DNA of 62,776 nucleotides, the filler included, from Dirinaria sp. TL-2023a (lineage: Eukaryota): NCBI GenBank assembly GCA_051941275.1. It is 35 parts of 35 records of this genome, joined end to end, with 100 filler letters (N's around TTAATTAATTAA, not from the genome) between each part and the next. Parts side by side here need not be neighbours in the genome. Positions count along the whole stretch, not along the records: positions 23,706 to 25,416 come from JAVEBF010002578.1; positions 25,517 to 27,227 come from JAVEBF010002579.1; positions 27,328 to 29,032 come from JAVEBF010002580.1; positions 29,133 to 30,836 come from JAVEBF010002581.1; positions 30,937 to 32,635 come from JAVEBF010002582.1; positions 32,736 to 34,433 come from JAVEBF010002583.1; positions 34,534 to 36,229 come from JAVEBF010002584.1; positions 36,330 to 38,023 come from JAVEBF010002585.1; 27 more parts are not named here. One strand, given 5' to 3'. Shown here in pieces: positions 25,091-37,438 of this stretch. The position numbers and the translations under genes were made by a program. Every line of letters begins with the position of its first letter. The first letter of the stretch is position 1. The notes under the pieces are model-generated. The model did no database searches. It was not told the DNA's origin and saw only the letters and a list, made by a program, of their open reading frames with translations.

Positions 25091-25220
25091 CATAGTTCCA
25101 AGTGGTTTTGGGCCCAAATCCAATTCGGGGCCAATTCCAATTTGTCCGGACTGCTGAGTCATAGCGGCTTTCTGGTCCAAATCCAATTCGTTTTCGAGTC
25201 TAAATCCAATTGGAACTCTG
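25091..25220. mobile_element. Candidate 130-bp MITE with imperfect 25-bp terminal inverted repeats
   Basis: Left CATAGTTCCAAGTGGTTTTGGGCCC vs right reverse complement CAGAGTTCCAATTGGATTTAGACTC (19/25). Four internal C(C/T)AA(A/T)TCCAATT motifs. Confidence 0.55.
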
Positions 25221-25516
25221 CTGACAAGCAGCCCTTACGCGGCCAAGTTTTCTATGTAAAAGTTGTAGAGGTCGACGAGCGCATTCGAACGAGCCGTCGT
25301 TGGTCCAAAACGACCAAGGATTGCAAAAGTTATTGCGAGTGCAAGTTTTGTACTATGAATTGCGACTTTCGGGACTTGGGAGTTAGTTAAGTGTTTTAAT
25401 TTCACAATGGCAATCGNNNNNNNNNNNNNNNNNNNNNNNNNNNNNNNNNNNNNNNNNNNNTTAATTAATTAANNNNNNNNNNNNNNNNNNNNNNNNNNNN
25501 NNNNNNNNNNNNNNNN

Positions 25517-27227
25517 GTCTCACTGAGCTCTCATTCTCTCGCGATAGCACTCTGTGTACTCGCTTCGGAACGCAGATTATTCTTCGAAGAGCTGAAGAGA
25601 CAAGCATGACAGTTTTCATCATTTCATCTTCATCGAGCGATGCAGCACGAGAGACAAAGCTGAAAGCTTTCAAAGATGATCGTCTGAGAGACTTCTCGAC
25701 AGATGACTTCAGTCGCCTGCTGACGAAGATATGTCACTATATCTATTGCAAACATTGCCTTAATATTTGAACTGAAAGAATTGAAGACTAGTGATACGAT
25801 GAGTATCACTGCTTCTGAGTGTCAAAGAGTCGAGAAACAATTAAGTTTTTCGATGATGTCTTCAGAATTCAGCTCTGCGATCTCGAAAAAAGCCACTTAA
25901 GCGTTATTGACGTATCTGAAATATTTCCGATCACTGAAGAAGATAATACTACTGATGAGAATAAATTATTGATCAAGAATATGATTCGTCGCTACATCGA
26001 AAATTCTCGCATCATTATACTTGCGGTAGTAGCCGCCAATGTCGACATTGCAACCACGGAAATAGTTGATATGACAGCAGAAGTTGATCCGTTCGGGCAG
26101 CGGACACTTGGGATCATTACCAAGCCAAACCTGGTAGACTCAGGGGCGGAACATGACGTCATGAATTTAGTCCGGGGCAAGAAGAAGTCAAAGCTTGAAT
26201 AATGTGTCGTTCGAAATCGAGGCAAGCGGGAACAAAATCTCACTTCGGCCGAACGTAATCGTTTGTAATCAGTTTTTTTGCAGGCAGATCCGTGGTCATC
26301 TTTCGAGCGGAGCCGAATCGGCATACATGCCCTCGCCATTGATGCCAGCTCGATTTTTTCTGAAGAGCTAGAGAAAATAGAGTACACGGCTACTTTCTGT
26401 GAGACTAACCACCTTTCTAGTAAGAGATCTCGAAAGTCCAAAGCAATGCGGTCTCGCAAGCTGAAGCTCAAAGAAGAAATATTAACGTCGATTAAAAAGA
26501 CGATAGTCGAAGAAAGTCAGAATGAAGAACTCACGACGTTCGAGCCTTTCGAGTATTATGAGATATTTAACATCTTGCCGACTACATCAGACTCTTCTCT
26601 TTCTCAGATAGAAGACATTCTAGAATGAATCGAGCGTGAATATAAGTCTTCGAGAGTTTTTGAGCTCGGCAGTTTCAATTCATTCATCTTCTCGACTCTT
26701 TTTCAAGAATTGTCAGTCAAATGAGAAGATCTGACGGGCCGATACGTTACGACGATCATAGTAGCGGTTCATCATTTCTGCAATATCCTACTGAGGCGTC
26801 TCTGCTCAGAGAAACGAGTCATGAACGTACTTTGATCGTTGTTGCTCGATGAACGCCAAAGATATCGAAAATTGATTGAGCATGTTCAATTCGTTCTGCG
26901 AACTGAACGTTCGAGGAGTTTTTTGACGACAAATCACTATTTCAGCGAGACCTCATACAAACTCCGAGCTCAGCTCAGCGCAGAACCGACTGAGAGCTTC
27001 ATTTTGAGCTCAAGCAATGTATCTCAGAGAGCATCTTTGAGTAACATGAAACACATCATGAGAGACATTCACAATATTTTGAAGTCCTACTACAAAGTCG
27101 CTCGAAAGTGCTTCGTGAACAATGTCTGAATACAAGAGACAGACTATCATCTGATCACAGAATCTGATATCTCTCTTCGCGTCTTCTCTTCACAATTTGT
27201 CGTCGAAATATTAGCCGCGCGATTGAA
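25517..27227 (+). pseudogene. Hypermutated Mx/dynamin-like GTPase gene
   Basis: LTELSFSRDSTLCTRF (=FPR..LCTRF), LSVIDVSEIF (=IDVPG), IILAVVAANVDIAT, RTLGIITKPNLVD, and GED region ILKSYYKVARKCFVNNV*. Several TGA/TAA stops. Confidence 0.92.
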
Positions 27228-27718
27228 NNNNNNNNNNNNNNNNNNNNNNNNNNNNNNNNNNNNNNNNNNNNTTAATTAATTAANNNNNNNNNNNNNNNNN
27301 NNNNNNNNNNNNNNNNNNNNNNNNNNNAAAAAAAAAAAAAAAAATTTTACTCAGAGAAAGTTTTGACAATAACGATAATTATCAAAAGATTAACTAAATC
27401 AAGTCAGCAATCTAATTATCCATTTTACTATTTATGTTCAGAGTCGTAACAGATAATTATGAGATAAAAGATCTCGTTTAAAGAAGCTGCGTAATAGAAA
27501 CGAAATTACAGAGGAGACACAGACACATCGCGTGAATGCGAACGATGATTCTTGCTAATGAATGAGAGAGACAAAAAAGCAAATTATTTTTATTATTAAA
27601 ACTAATAAATACGACCCGGAATTTTTTTTTTTCCAAAAAAATTCTGGTTGACGCGTAGGGTTAGGTTAGGGATCGCGTTGAAGTTGCGACGGATACTGAA
27701 AAAATCATGCGAAAAACC

Positions 27719-28251
27719 TGACTGCCTGCCATACTGCTTGTCATACTGCTTATCATAAGGTATTGCCTTTCATACTGCCTGTAAGGGAACCACAGCACCT
27801 ATAGGCAGAAGGCATGGTATTGAAGGTACTATGGCTATGTACGAGAATACCAGACATGAGGGGGAAAGTAGTCTATGGGTGCTGGGGAACCCATATATAG
27901 GCACTAGTGGTCTAGGTGTTGGACCCCTGGACCCCTAACACTAGTGGTCTAGGTGTAGGGGACCCTATAACACGGTGTTGGGCCTGAACCCGTCACACTG
28001 CCTTCCGTACTACCTTCCATACTGCCTGCCATACTGCTTGCCATACTGCTTGCCATACTGCCTGCCATACTACCTACCTTACTGCCTGCCATAGGTACTG
28101 CCTGCCATACTGCCTTCTATACTGCTTGTCATAGGAAAAAATATAAGAAAAACAATGCGAAAAACCTTACCACCTACCTTACTGCCTGCCATACTGCATG
28201 TCATAGGAAAAATCATAAGAAAAACGATACAAAAAACCTTACTACCTACCT
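27719..28251. repeat. ATACTGCCTGCC-type ~12-bp minisatellite plus a ~72-bp duplication, interrupted by a solo LTR
   Basis: Repeated ATACTGC(C/T)TG(C/T)C units at 27719-27779 and 27998-28130. CATAGGAAAAA..AAACCTTAC block duplicated at ~28130 and ~28202. Confidence 0.85.
27780..27997. mobile_element. Solo LTR, 218 bp
   Basis: TGTAAG...GTCACA termini flanked by the 5-bp direct repeat CTGCC (27775-27779 and 27998-28002). Confidence 0.88.
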
Positions 28252-30943
28252 ATTGTGAGTTAGTACTGTACAGTTTACACGTAAAAGAGAAGGATGTAAA
28301 CAGAAAAATGTAAACAGAAACGATTACCACTTATATTCTAGGACTTGACATGCGCCCGAGGGACCCTCGGGCACCGCATGACATCGTGTATAACTTCAAA
28401 TCATTATAACTTAGACAATATTGGTTTAAATCGAGTCAAAAAAGCGTTGTTTTAAATCGCTAATTATGTTTCATAATTTAATGCTACAATAGTAACATGA
28501 AATTGCGAGATGCGTATGATATATGAGTTGCAAACAAAAGAAGATTTTGATGTTCAAAAAAGTTATTTCCTATTTGTGAACTCTGAATTATGACTGATCA
28601 GAATCACTCAGGGTCCAAAATGATGCAGTTTCATTGGCAGAAACTCGATTTTTAGCGTTCCCGTGCTAAGCGATAAAAAGCGGTAGGATATTATATAGTA
28701 GTAGTTATAATGAAACTGAGATTTCGAGGAGGAACTCGATCATATTATCAATTAAAACTACCTTTGAATTCGAATAGCTACTGAGGGTTATCACTGACGA
28801 TGAGGCCCGCGATTCACCTTGATCGTCGCGGTGAGATGAACGCGGTCGGCGCGACGCCGACAAGTGAACGAGGCATCATCGAGACGTCTTCGCAGAGAAG
28901 AATATCAGAATCGAGCGAAATATTGAATGAGGTAAATAAGATTGTGAGACTCTATGAGTTTAAGAGAATCAATGTCAGCGAAATGATGTCGATGACTGAA
29001 CTGCACAATCTGTTCGACATGATTCGCGCAAANNNNNNNNNNNNNNNNNNNNNNNNNNNNNNNNNNNNNNNNNNNNTTAATTAATTAANNNNNNNNNNNN
29101 NNNNNNNNNNNNNNNNNNNNNNNNNNNNNNNNGAATAATTTTGAAAAAACGAAAAACAAAAAGTTGAAGATTTAATTGAGCCTTGATGATGAGTAAGTAG
29201 CAAAAGCAGTGACTCTCGGAGGATGAAGAAAGATCACGAAAATCTGACATATCACTCCTGAGAAGAGCATTCCAGGCGGGTCTCATTCCGATGTAATCTC
29301 TACAAGTGGAAATAAGAATATGGGTTCTGTAAGAAGTTATCTTACATGCACACCATCCGAAGTGCACGTAAGAAAGTTCATCGCTTCGAATCATTGTCAG
29401 AGTTCACCCTACACCGGAGGATTTTCGCTTAACTAACGTAGTCTCAATTGAAGGATCGGGAAGAAAAAAGGTTGAACCGTTGCACGAGATTATTATTTCA
29501 ATCCCGAGACGCGAAAGCCTCTTTTTTTATTTTTTTTTATTTTTTTTCCCCCCCTTCCATCAGACTCGCATTGCTAAAGTCGTCAATTTGCCGACGAGCG
29601 AATCATTAAATAATTAGCCGACTCCTCTGAAGGAATCGATAACTACGCACGAGAAGCTACGGAGGTTAGGGATGAAGCCGAAGATCTGACAGCTAGCAGG
29701 AGATGAAGGCGAAGGCTGAACGCGACCGCAAAACAGAAGCGGTAAGGAATACAAAGGGCGAAAGTGTTGCAAAAGAAGTAGCACAAATATGATGAGTCGT
29801 AGGTGATCGTTAATTAGCCTGAAAACTAAAATCAACGCCGGGCTCCTCGCTCGACCCCGAGTACATGGGAACCTCATCGCCGGCACAGAGACAGATCCTG
29901 CGTCCTCTGTACCGTGTATGGCTGAATCCTTTTACTACCTAGCAGGCGTGCGGTTGCAACCGGGCAGTGTGCTGACCCCGGTAATGCGATACCGAACCGA
30001 AGGGGCCGGAAAGCGGGTGGTGATGCGTCGTTGGTTGGTAATGGAGCAAGATGCTGTAAGGGAACGATGGATGGATCTAGATTTCTGTGCCAAGAGATTC
30101 ATGTTTTGCGAGTGCGGTTTTTGGAAGAGTAATTAAAAATGCGACGCCAGATTCGAAGGATGATGATAGCGTGAGAATTTTATTGTGAAGATCGGGGAAA
30201 GTTTTCGCGACTTTCTTTTGTATGGTGTGTGGGCGTGGAATCGAATATAGATGGTAAGAGTAGACGAGAATTGCCTTACCTTGACATTTCTAAGGAACAG
30301 GTAATCATCAGCCACGGACCCGCCAGTATGGGACACTTTCCCCCTTTTCCCATCACACGCGTACCATTAAGTATTGTTGTTGATTGTGGCGTACCACCTA
30401 TTGTAAGGCAGATGAAAAATATGGTTTGATTCTGCAAGCCAGTGGCATCGAGAACCAAGATCAGCCCCCACCAGAATCCGTGGGTCCAAGTTATACCAAT
30501 CCTAAGTCCAAAGTATCAGACCACCAGGTTTCACTGGAGTCTCTTTGTCGACCGTATCCCAGACCATTCGAGCCCGCATGCAAGACCATGCGGGAGTGAG
30601 CCCCTGATGTCGCAGAACAACTACTCTATGTAGTTTAAATAGCTGGGCGGTAAGGATTGCGGCTGATGAAAACCAGGAATTGAGAATCGGTGAAGCCACT
30701 GGCGTATTGCATCTTCAGCTCTCGACGGGCCGAACCTATTGTTGCGCAAATTGAGGGGATTTTGTCCACTAATCAGCTGCGAATCGCATTCTGAGATACG
30801 GCGTGTTAAGGGCCTTTCATTTGCTAGTTTTCACCCNNNNNNNNNNNNNNNNNNNNNNNNNNNNNNNNNNNNNNNNNNNNTTAATTAATTAANNNNNNNN
30901 NNNNNNNNNNNNNNNNNNNNNNNNNNNNNNNNNNNNAAATTCA

Positions 30944-31156
30944 TGTTAGGACCGGTGCAGAACAAGTCAATGCAGATATAGTTAACTAAGATATTATTAC
31001 TAAGGAAGGAAAGAAGAAGAAGGAAAACTAGATACAAAGGGGGTCCCGGGTATATACGCGTGCGGGTGTCGCGTATCGCGATCGAGTTAGCGCATTACCC
31101 CTGAGAACTCTGGGAGGTGTTGCCCCAGATAGTATATCAGATGCATGCTCGTAACA
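30944..31156. mobile_element. LTR of the ~215-bp family (copy 1)
   Basis: TGTTAG...GTAACA termini; homologous to 48391-48611 (inverted) and 52340-52482. Confidence 0.88.
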
Positions 31157-32566
31157 ACAATGAGAAGCTTAAAAACGTCTGTCTTGAGTTATCTTCAATC
31201 ACAAAGACATCAGTTGCGCGACTCTGTTTCAGACACATCGCTGTCTCAGACGTTCGTTTACTAAGATTTGATTCGAGCTTGCATCATTTACAAGCATAGA
31301 AAGACTGTTAACATCATTCTGTAGCGCAGCTAATCAGTATAAGATATCATCGTTGATCGAATTCAAGTCTTCTCAGTATTTGATATATTTCAAGTCATAA
31401 GCACTGAGCAACTGAGATTAGATTAGTTTTGTCGATGTCTCAATACTATGAACTGCGTTGTTTATAGACGTAAAGCGATCTCGGCGATCGAGTTTTTCGA
31501 TCAGATGAGAAGAGACATGTGACTCTCAACTACGAGGAAGATTGTAAAAGTCAAATAAATGCGTAATTTAAAGAAAGATTGATTTAGATCTGTTGCTATC
31601 TCACGAATTACATAGTTTTCGATATGTTCTGCAGAGTTATCAAATTCCTTGAGTTTAACGATAAAAGATAATGAGAAAGCGTTTTCAATGTATCAAATGC
31701 GAAATCAGACTCATAAAGAAATGAAAGCATTTATGTTCAAATTGAGATTTCAAGAGTGACATTCTTTACTCACAACAACTCAACTTCGATCGCGTACGAT
31801 GATTCGAGAGGAACTAACGCTGTATTTACAGAGGATCATTGTTCTCGCACAGATAATTGAGATATGACGATAAACAATGAAACTTCGATGACGTGATGTG
31901 AAGTGTGACCGCTGTCTAGAATGTCTAGCTTGTATTTTCGCAATGTCTCGATCTTTTTTGCATATTTGTTCGTCGCAAATCGAGCATTTGTCGAACGAGA
32001 TTTTCACTCTCTCTTATCATCAGATTTATCGTGAGGTCTTCAGAGTTTCTTGCTGTCGTAAACTCATACAATCGATCGTGACAACGCGATGTTTATTCAT
32101 CGTGATTTAGTCTGTGTATCTGATCACGATTGAGAGACTGATTTGCCTCAAGCGAAGAGATCGCATGTTTACGCTACTTCAACTCATTGATTTGAATCTT
32201 GTATCGCTGAATGCTAAACAAATTCTTCTCTTTTACTCGAGATCGTTCTTATGTTTTACGAAAGCTGTGATTTGTTTAATGAAATCAATTCTTCTTCATA
32301 CACTTTTCTTCATCGATTCGCACAGCTTTTATAGAGGTGAACAATGAAGCATTCTCGACTTCGTGAATGAGGCTGTTCTCAGTAAATTTATCAGAGCAGT
32401 GAAGTCGCTGACTCACGCGAAGATTGTGTCAGACTTTTGCAGAAGTATTCAGAAGATTCTCAGATCATTAGCATCATTGTTCAATCTGCTTTCACTTTGA
32501 TTTGATCGAAAATTCGGGCGCTATCAGACATCTTACTACGTAGCAGACTCAGTTTACAATGACGAC
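31157..32566 (-). pseudogene. Hypermutated remnant of an unidentified protein-coding sequence
   Basis: CC/GG-depleted. A minus-strand frame over ~31160-31500 reads as protein interrupted only by TGA/TAA. No family recognised. Confidence 0.35.
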
Positions 32567-32635
32567 TGTCATGACCTGCACAGCGCTTATAAACATATGA
32601 GTACTACTAGATCAGAATGTCAAAGACCCAACCTT
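32567..32635. mobile_element. End of an LTR related to 11953-12186, with the start of the 132-bp LTR inserted at 32618
   Basis: TGTCATGACCTGCACAGCGCT resembles TGTCAGGGCCTGCACAGCGCT; TGTCAAAGACCCAACCTT is identical to 47628-47645. Confidence 0.75.
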
Positions 32636-33578
32636 NNNNNNNNNNNNNNNNNNNNNNNNNNNNNNNNNNNNNNNNNNNNTTAATTAATTAANNNNNNNNN
32701 NNNNNNNNNNNNNNNNNNNNNNNNNNNNNNNNNNNCTACCTATCATACCAAGAAAGAACAACTAAAGCCACATCTCATCTTCCTAGTTCCCACACCGATG
32801 CATTGCGCCGAAGTTCCTCCAGAAAGCCCATCCCACAAATCCACATTCTCCTCCGCCTTCAACATCCTTTCCCAACAAAATACCTTACCTATTCCCGCAC
32901 AATTAAAATCAAGATCCTTCTTCTACCACAAGCGTTTACAATCCACTTCGCATCGCCAAAACCCGTGTCTTCATTAGAACGCCGCTATTAATTGAATCGC
33001 CCAGATTTCTCCTTGCGAACGCGGATGGATGCGGATGTTTTAGAATGAAGCATTTAGGGGAAAACATTCTGATTTTTGTTTTTTTTTGTTTTTTTTCCAG
33101 GCGTGATACTCGCTCGATTCTATGTATCATTGAGGCTTTTGCGGCATCTAGCGATGTGTTCGTGTCGATCGTGTCAAGAGTTGATGAGATGGGTGCGAAC
33201 GATTTGAGGTCCGAGAACAGCGTGGAAACAAGTCTCTGGATTGAGATGCCAAAACCCCCGAGGCGAGGAGGGGGGGTTAGGTATTGCCAAAGGCTGGGTT
33301 TTCGAATGACGCACATCGTACCTGGATCCGATGGCGTGGAGTACTTGTTTCGGGATTGGACTCAAGTTTTTGACTCGATACTGTGGATGATGGTTTGATG
33401 ATCTGTGATTTTGTTGTGTGTGATATCTGCTGCTGTAAGGGGTCTACAGTTATTTTTAAGGACCCCACCGCGGCTACAGCATCGTACTTCTACTGATATA
33501 CCACGCTCATCATCGCTTATTGTCGTTCATCAATGTTTTCTTTCACACATTGAATTCGTCAGGGCTAGAGTTGCGAAG

Positions 33579-33608
33579 TCTTCTTCTTCTTCTTCTTCTT
33601 CTTCTTCT
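33579..33608. repeat. (TCT)n microsatellite
   Basis: About 10 perfect units. Confidence 0.95.
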
Positions 33609-34222
33609 AGCGTTTTGTAACGTTTAATGGTTTGTCGATTTAGCAGTGGCACTTTCATGGTGTATTGTTTCATTGTCTTTCTTTGAAAATGCTTCGCATA
33701 AATGTCGTCATTCTGTTGGAGTAGAGGGACGGACATATTTTAATCCTGAAGCAGCAAGAGGCTGGAGGGTATTGATAGGTGAAAATGACTTATAAGGACC
33801 GGCAAGGGTGGTGTGGCGACAGTTAGACCCTTTTTTAGAACCTCATCATCAAGTGTTTCTTTCAGAACTAGGAAATAACTAAGAATTCCTAAACAGAAGG
33901 TGCAATACCGACAAAGAGAGATCATCAACCAAGATGCAGCCATGCGGCGTCAATAATAGCAACAAATATCAAGATGAATAGAGAAGCAAACTTACTGTAG
34001 CTAGCCTCCAACAAAGCCTAAATCTCGCTCTCGTCTCTATATATAACAAATGAAATCACGAGATGTATCCATCAGAAACCAATCCAAGCATCAGGAAATC
34101 TTCTGCAAAGGACAGCATAATCCGCGCCAAGCCAAAAATCACCACTATACCAATCTACATTCCCCAGGCCAAACCCATTTCTCCACTATCAGCTTCCCTT
34201 CCACAACCCCTTGCCCCCAAAA

Positions 34223-34411
34223 ATGTGTGAAGCAACAATAACAACCTACCGCTGCTCGCACCGAGTCCGAAAGCTCACCAAATGCCGCCGTTGGTACCGC
34301 CACGCGTGCCCGAAGTTCTCAGCTGCGGCTACGCTGCACCGACGGAGTGATGGGCTTTGTGATGAATGCTGGGAACGGAGGAGGAGGTTGGGGAGGGGGT
34401 TTAGCTTTTGA
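34223..34411 (+). CDS. Small Cys-rich protein, 62 aa, no signal peptide
   Basis: CAAAAATG start context, upstream TATATATAA (~34039), pattern MC-x7-CSH...C...C...CxxC. Confidence 0.45.
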   Translation: MCEATITTYRCSHRVRKLTKCRRWYRHACPKFSAAATLHRRSDGLCDECWERRRRLGRGFSF

Positions 34412-34599
34412 GAGAGAAGAGAAGAGTGGTGGGNNNNNNNNNNNNNNNNNNNNNNNNNNNNNNNNNNNNNNNNNNNNTTAATTAATTAANNNNNNNNNNN
34501 NNNNNNNNNNNNNNNNNNNNNNNNNNNNNNNNNGTGATGCAGATACACTCTAACTCATGAAAGTTAGAGAGGCTTCAAGATCATGTACATAGAAGATCT

Positions 34600-36205
34600 A
34601 CCTGCGATGATTCAGCTACTCGACTTTTGATATCTTCAAGCTTAATCACACTTTTCTATTGTTAGCTCATCCATCAAAGAACGTCAGATGTACGCGTACT
34701 AGATTTTGTCAGCTTCAAGATCTTCGATGATGTCTTTCTCCCCAACACGCATCATCGCGAGATTCGCAAAAACTATATTCGAGAGTTTCTGCTCACTTTC
34801 GTCTGCGTCGATGTATTTACCCTCGTGACTGACCCATAGTCTCTTAAGATTCTCGTCCGCCAGTCCCGAAGGCAGACTTATATAGATGAGCAGTCGTGAC
34901 ATAATTGTTCGAGCTGTATTACTCACAAAACGTGATCTTCCTCTTCGAGGATTTTGAGTTCAACCTCGATGTGTACTCTATCGTAAGAGATCAGCAGCAT
35001 ATTTACTTTATCAACGTCTCATTGATAACAACCTTTTTCGAGCTGAGAAACTTCTTGCCTTAAATGAATGATGTCGGACTCTTTCATTGTTGCAGTGTTA
35101 TTTTCGAGACTCAGCAAGAGATGTCATCAAGACAGCAAGTCAAGATGTCAGTGCTGTGAGCGACTCGAGCTGATAATATGTTTTTACTGTGTGGAACGCT
35201 CTGTGTCGATCGTTGCTGCAATCTGACAACATACCGAATGTTATTGGACAGTCATGGTTCATAGCAGTGTTGTGATATCTGACTAGCTTATGATTGATGT
35301 ATCCACAACTTAAATCATACCTTTGCGTAATTTCTTCACTGTCAAAGCAGCGCAGACTCTGCAGAAGACTTGTGCGCATTGACGACGACGGTTCAGCTTA
35401 CGTGAGAAGTCATGATATGAGGAAACCAAGCTTCGCCTCTTGATGTGCTCTACAGTGACATCAAGTGCAGTTTCGTGCAGATCTACGAAGCAGTCACTGA
35501 TTTGGTCAAGTCAGGGTTCGATCAAAAGTACCGCAACGTGACTTTGTCGACATCTCAAAATGTAATCGTTCAACAAGTGATTTAGATTTCTTGAGAAAAG
35601 TAAGCAATCCAAGATTAGATTTTGTTTTTGATCATGACTTTATTGCTCTAGATGGGCCCGCTTGATGTAAAATAAAATGATTCGAAAACACTCTTTAGCT
35701 TCGGCGCGATATCTTTTTCAGTCTCGACAGGCTCTGTCAGACGCAAACGTGACGATCTAAAAATGACCTTCTTCTGAGGCCTACTATCTTCAATCTCCAA
35801 GCAACTCCTTGAAGAGAGATAAAGAGATTCGAAATTGCTCTTGTTCTTGATCGTTGTGTGTTCTCTTCTTACAGCATCGCTTTGATCGGCCTTCGGAGAA
35901 TGAGACTTTGTAGACGCAGAATCACCATTGATTGCTGTCTTTGCGACCTCTAATGTATCTCTCCGATTATTGTTCGAAAATGAGGATGACGTGTCATTGT
36001 TGCCGTATCATTCTGTCATGTCAATTCTCAATAATTTGATTGCCTCCCATATCACTAGCTCGCGTCAGCAGCATTCCAAGGATTTGCGAACAATATACTG
36101 ACAGTCGTGTGCTTTTTGAGCAAGTTCATACTGATCTCCTATATTGCCTTCAGCACATAGAAGATTCGACAACACGTTGAAATGTTGAAAATCGTCGATA
36201 TCAGG
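34600..36205 (-). pseudogene. Possible decayed multi-exon gene of unknown family
   Basis: Long protein-like minus-strand stretches broken by stops, and an intron-like GTCAGT..CTGAC..TAG near 36055-36105. Partial CC/GG depletion. Confidence 0.3.
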
Positions 36206-36329
36206 GCTCAGTCAGGGTTCGGCCCGACCNNNNNNNNNNNNNNNNNNNNNNNNNNNNNNNNNNNNNNNNNNNNTTAATTAATTAANNNNNNNNNNNNNNN
36301 NNNNNNNNNNNNNNNNNNNNNNNNNNNNN

Positions 36330-37003
36330 GTGTATATCCATCTCACTCTACAGCGTCGTCAGAGCTGCGCAAAGCTACATCGCTCAAAAGGCTGCTCCAA
36401 TCAAAGATTCCATTAGACTCCACAGGCAGTATTCTACTTCATGAACGGGTCGCCTTGGCCAAGATGCTAGCTGTTGCCGTACTTCAATATCACGCTACAC
36501 CTTGTTTGCAGCTATGCTGGAACAGCGAAGACATATTATTCTTCGCCATCGAGGGGTCCGAGTACGAGTTCACACAAACCGAGAGTAAACCTAATCTAGC
36601 TATGCCATATATCAACACAAGGATCCAGAGTCAGAAAGAATCCCCTTCATGTCAGCACCAATCTCACATGGCTCGCAACCCCATTCTGTTTGGCTTAGGC
36701 GTTGTACTACTCGAGCTTGCGCATGCAAAGAGCCTGGAGAGCTTGAAGTTACCCTCCGATGCTGAAAATGGCCAACTCCATGGCGACTTCTTCACAGCTA
36801 GGCGGCTTGCAAAATCGAAGCGCAATGTCATGGGAGCCACCTATAACGATATAGTGGAGCAGCTGGTGGAGTGTGTCTTTCCCTGCGGTAGCGATTTGAA
36901 TGACCCCAAACTGCAAGCGATCTTCTATGAAGATGTGGTCTGTCCCTTGGGTGAATTAGAGCAAGGGTTAAGAAAGCTTGGGTTAGGTGTTGAAGGAAAT
37001 TAA
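36330..37003 (+). CDS. 3' end of a fungal protein with a kinase-like C-terminal domain (DUF7580-type)
   Basis: ERVALAKMLAVAVLQYHATP...WNSEDILFF...NPILFGLGVVLLELA...FYEDVVCPL; open from the contig start. Confidence 0.75.
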
Positions 37004-37438
37004 GTGGTGAAAAGTGGGTGTATGTCTACCGAAGAGCATCTCTCTGCTATAAAAATCATGAAATCTTCTATGTATCAATCGAGGCTGATGAGATTCACTA
37101 AGAATGGCGCGTCACAATCTCAAACGCTAGCGTGTTGGCTTCAGCTTGTTATTGTGCTGTTTCTGTTCTGTTTTGATAATGATCGCACATCAAATCTCAC
37201 ATATCACAGTCATTCTCATCACTCGTATAATTATATTGTCTCCAGTGGTGACATAGCAGTAAGTGTAATAGCAAAGGATATATGAAGCAACATTAATATC
37301 AGTCAGATATACATCACCAAGAGTGAGTGTGTCTGTAACCAAACAAGATATCCTCAGACATCGTCCAAGTAAGTGAAAAAAATAAAACGACAAAAAAAAC
37401 CAACTTCAGTGAACTAACCACATTCGAAAGCACAACAA

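Noticed and set aside
18431..27227. Defence or secondary-metabolite cluster (protease, helicase, PKS relic, dynamin)
   Set aside because: Each lies on a separate contig ordered only by length.
27656..27671. True telomere
   Set aside because: Only about 2.5 imperfect TTAGGG units, internal to the contig; likewise the isolated TTAGGG motifs near 2524-2567.
35380..35500. Type I dehydroquinase-like motif (FVDL...SSYHDF) on the minus strand
   Set aside because: Short resemblance only; the flanking sequence does not continue the domain.
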